In this document: positions 62,822-64,000 of the stretch, one piece after another
How positions within the stretch are numbered: the stretch's first letter is position 1
Layout of the letters: each line of letters begins with the position of its first letter
Origin: an uncultured Gemmatimonadaceae bacterium
GTDB lineage: Bacteria; Gemmatimonadota; Gemmatimonadetes; Gemmatimonadales; Gemmatimonadaceae
DNA: 64,000 nucleotides
Assembly: GCA_964537775.1 (NCBI GenBank)
Contig: CAZICQ010000015.1
Location: forward strand, 5,935-69,934
Reading direction: 5' to 3'
Notes under the pieces: generated by a model
What the model saw: the letters and a program-made list of their open reading frames with translations, nothing else
Database searches by the model: none
What the model was told of the DNA's origin: nothing
Translations under genes and position numbers: made by a program

Positions 62822-63379
62822 GTGCGCAGACTCGTCGTCATAGTGGACCAACTTCCCGCGTGGGCTTTTGTCGCCACCGCCATCCTGGTGCTCGGCGCCG
62901 TTCGGCTCGCGGGCTCGGTGGCCTATCTGGGACGCAACAGCGGCGGTGTCGAGCTCTCGCGCCTTCTCACCCTCGCCGCATTTCTGCTGCTGTTGATCTT
63001 CGCGGTCAGACGCCGTCAGACCAGCGTCATGCACGGCGCTCTCCAGGTGCTCGTCGCCGTCGCCGGCTCCAGTTTGCTCGGAATTGCCGCGGTCTGGCCA
63101 CTCCTCCCTCGGCACCTGCCGATCTCGCTGGTCAACGTGTTGCAGGCCGACGCGGGCAGTCAGGTGACGCTCATTCTGTTCGGCCTTCCCGTCGCCACTA
63201 TGCTTCTATGGCTGTCGCGCCGCTGGGGCTCACACTCGCCTGTGACCGAACGCCGCTGGCGCGTGGTGATCCAGATGATGCGCGAACGTGCCGAGCGGCG
63301 CCGCCGGCCGCGCGTCAATGCGACTGTCGCTGAAGGGGGAGGGGGAGGGCCGCGCGATGCCAACCAATCAATATCATGA
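62822..63379 (+). CDS. Membrane protein of unknown function (about 185 aa, 4-5 TM helices)
   Basis: GTG at 62822 in frame with track ORF 62648..63379 (start uncertain). The 3' end overlaps the EncFtn-like start by 23 nt. Confidence 0.5.
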   Translation: MRRLVVIVDQLPAWAFVATAILVLGAVRLAGSVAYLGRNSGGVELSRLLTLAAFLLLLIFAVRRRQTSVMHGALQVLVAVAGSSLLGIAAVWPLLPRHLPISLVNVLQADAGSQVTLILFGLPVATMLLWLSRRWGSHSPVTERRWRVVIQMMRERAERRRRPRVNATVAEGGGGGPRDANQSIS

Positions 63380-63671
63380 GCCGCCCGACGAGCTGCCGCA
63401 GGAGACGCGCACCTTCGCGCGCATGATCACTTCGCTCATCGAGGAAGCGGAAGCGATCGGCTGGTACGAGCAGCGGCTCGCCGTCGAGAAGAATGCCGAC
63501 GCCCGCGCCATCATGCGGGACGCGCAGAAGGAGGAGTTCAAGCACTTCGGGATGGATCTGGAATTCCTGCTCCGACGCTCTCCCCGTTGGAAGGAGATTC
63601 TGCAGGGAATCCTGTTCCGGCGCGGCCCGATCGTGGAGCATGCCGAGGAAGCGGAAGAGAAGGCCGACTGA
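63357..63671 (+). CDS. Encapsulated-ferritin-like protein (EncFtn family)
   Basis: ATG at 63357 behind a strong purine-rich SD (gaagggggagggggaggg). HEPPDELPQETRTF..LIEEAEAIGWYEQRL..DAQKEEFKHFGMDLEFLLRRSPRWKEIL..FRRGPI mirrors the EE-x-E-x4-WY and EE-x-K-H ferroxidase ligand pattern of Rhodospirillum-type EncFtn as I recall it. Confidence 0.8.
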   Translation: MPTNQYHEPPDELPQETRTFARMITSLIEEAEAIGWYEQRLAVEKNADARAIMRDAQKEEFKHFGMDLEFLLRRSPRWKEILQGILFRRGPIVEHAEEAEEKAD

Positions 63672-64000
63672 TGCACATCCAGTACGTTGCGTTGTGCGAT
63701 CAGGTGGTGGTAGCGCAGGACGGCCGCCCCTCATTGATCGGCGTCTTCAACGATCTGCAAGTGCCCGCCTTCCCATTCACCCTTCCGCGCCTCGCCTTCG
63801 CCGCCCGTATGCTTTTCACCGCCGACGAAGCGGGACGACAGCACAACGTGGAGCTCGTGATGACGGATCCCTCCGGCCGCGAGATCGGCCGTCCCGCTGG
63901 AGAGATCAACCTGCCTCCCGCGCCGGCGGGAATGGAATCGGTCGCCGTGGACCTGCCGCTGCAGTTCGATCTCTTTCAGATCACCGCCGCCGGCCGGTAC
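63671..64000 (+). CDS. DUF6941-like protein, N-terminal 110 aa (continues beyond the window)
   Basis: The ATG at 63671 shares 1 nt with the EncFtn TGA (TGATG at 63669-63673). Translation is MHIQYVALCDQVVVAQDGRPSLIGVFNDLQVPAFPFTLPRLAFAARMLFTADEAGRQHNVELVMTDPSGREIG.... The frame is open to the window end, so it is absent from the ORF track. The family assignment is from memory only. Confidence 0.6.
   Translation, partial: MHIQYVALCDQVVVAQDGRPSLIGVFNDLQVPAFPFTLPRLAFAARMLFTADEAGRQHNVELVMTDPSGREIGRPAGEINLPPAPAGMESVAVDLPLQFDLFQITAAGRY

Noticed and set aside
63335-63349. G5-A-G5-A-G3 tract before the EncFtn start, considered as a G-quadruplex
   Set aside because: There are only three G-runs. It is more simply explained as a strong purine-rich Shine-Dalgarno region that also encodes the GGGGG tail of the upstream membrane protein.

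Overview
Very GC-rich, densely coding bacterial chromosomal segment. I support about 60 protein genes, no rRNA or tRNA genes, no CRISPR array and no recognisable transposase or phage genes. The gene families suggest a soil bacterium of Gemmatimonadota or Acidobacteriota type (TolB-propeller amidohydrolase, CBM9/DUF5916, tandem DUF4097 genes, an LVIVD-like propeller); this is inference only. Most genes are housekeeping or accessory metabolism: ispH, msrB, argJ, tag, two ggt paralogs, an M28 peptidase, a multicopper oxidase, actP, a KirBac channel, MFS and APC transporters, and a DEAD-box helicase. Observations worth follow-up, strongest first: (1) a thioredoxin-fold gene split in the ORF track by an in-frame TGA exactly at the first redox position (U-G-G-C), with a SECIS-like hairpin 10 nt downstream, making it a candidate selenoprotein. 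(2) A family of intergenic elements built from AGTCNNN heptanucleotide arrays, arranged as inverted arms around a conserved 13-nt core. There are two full copies, one solo arm and one related tandem array. (3) A PA0069/SplB-type radical SAM gene translationally coupled to the imuA-imuB-dnaE2 mutagenesis cassette, with an AT-rich direct-repeat box upstream and a G-quadruplex/homopolymer tract inside dnaE2. (4) An ECF sigma / anti-sigma operon followed by four tandem DUF4097 paralogs. (5) An encapsulated-ferritin-like gene without a recognisable targeting tail, coupled to a DUF6941-like gene instead of a shell gene. All product calls rest on motifs read from translations and on recalled family knowledge; no database search was possible. 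Most long antisense or alternative-frame ORFs in the track are GC-driven shadow ORFs.
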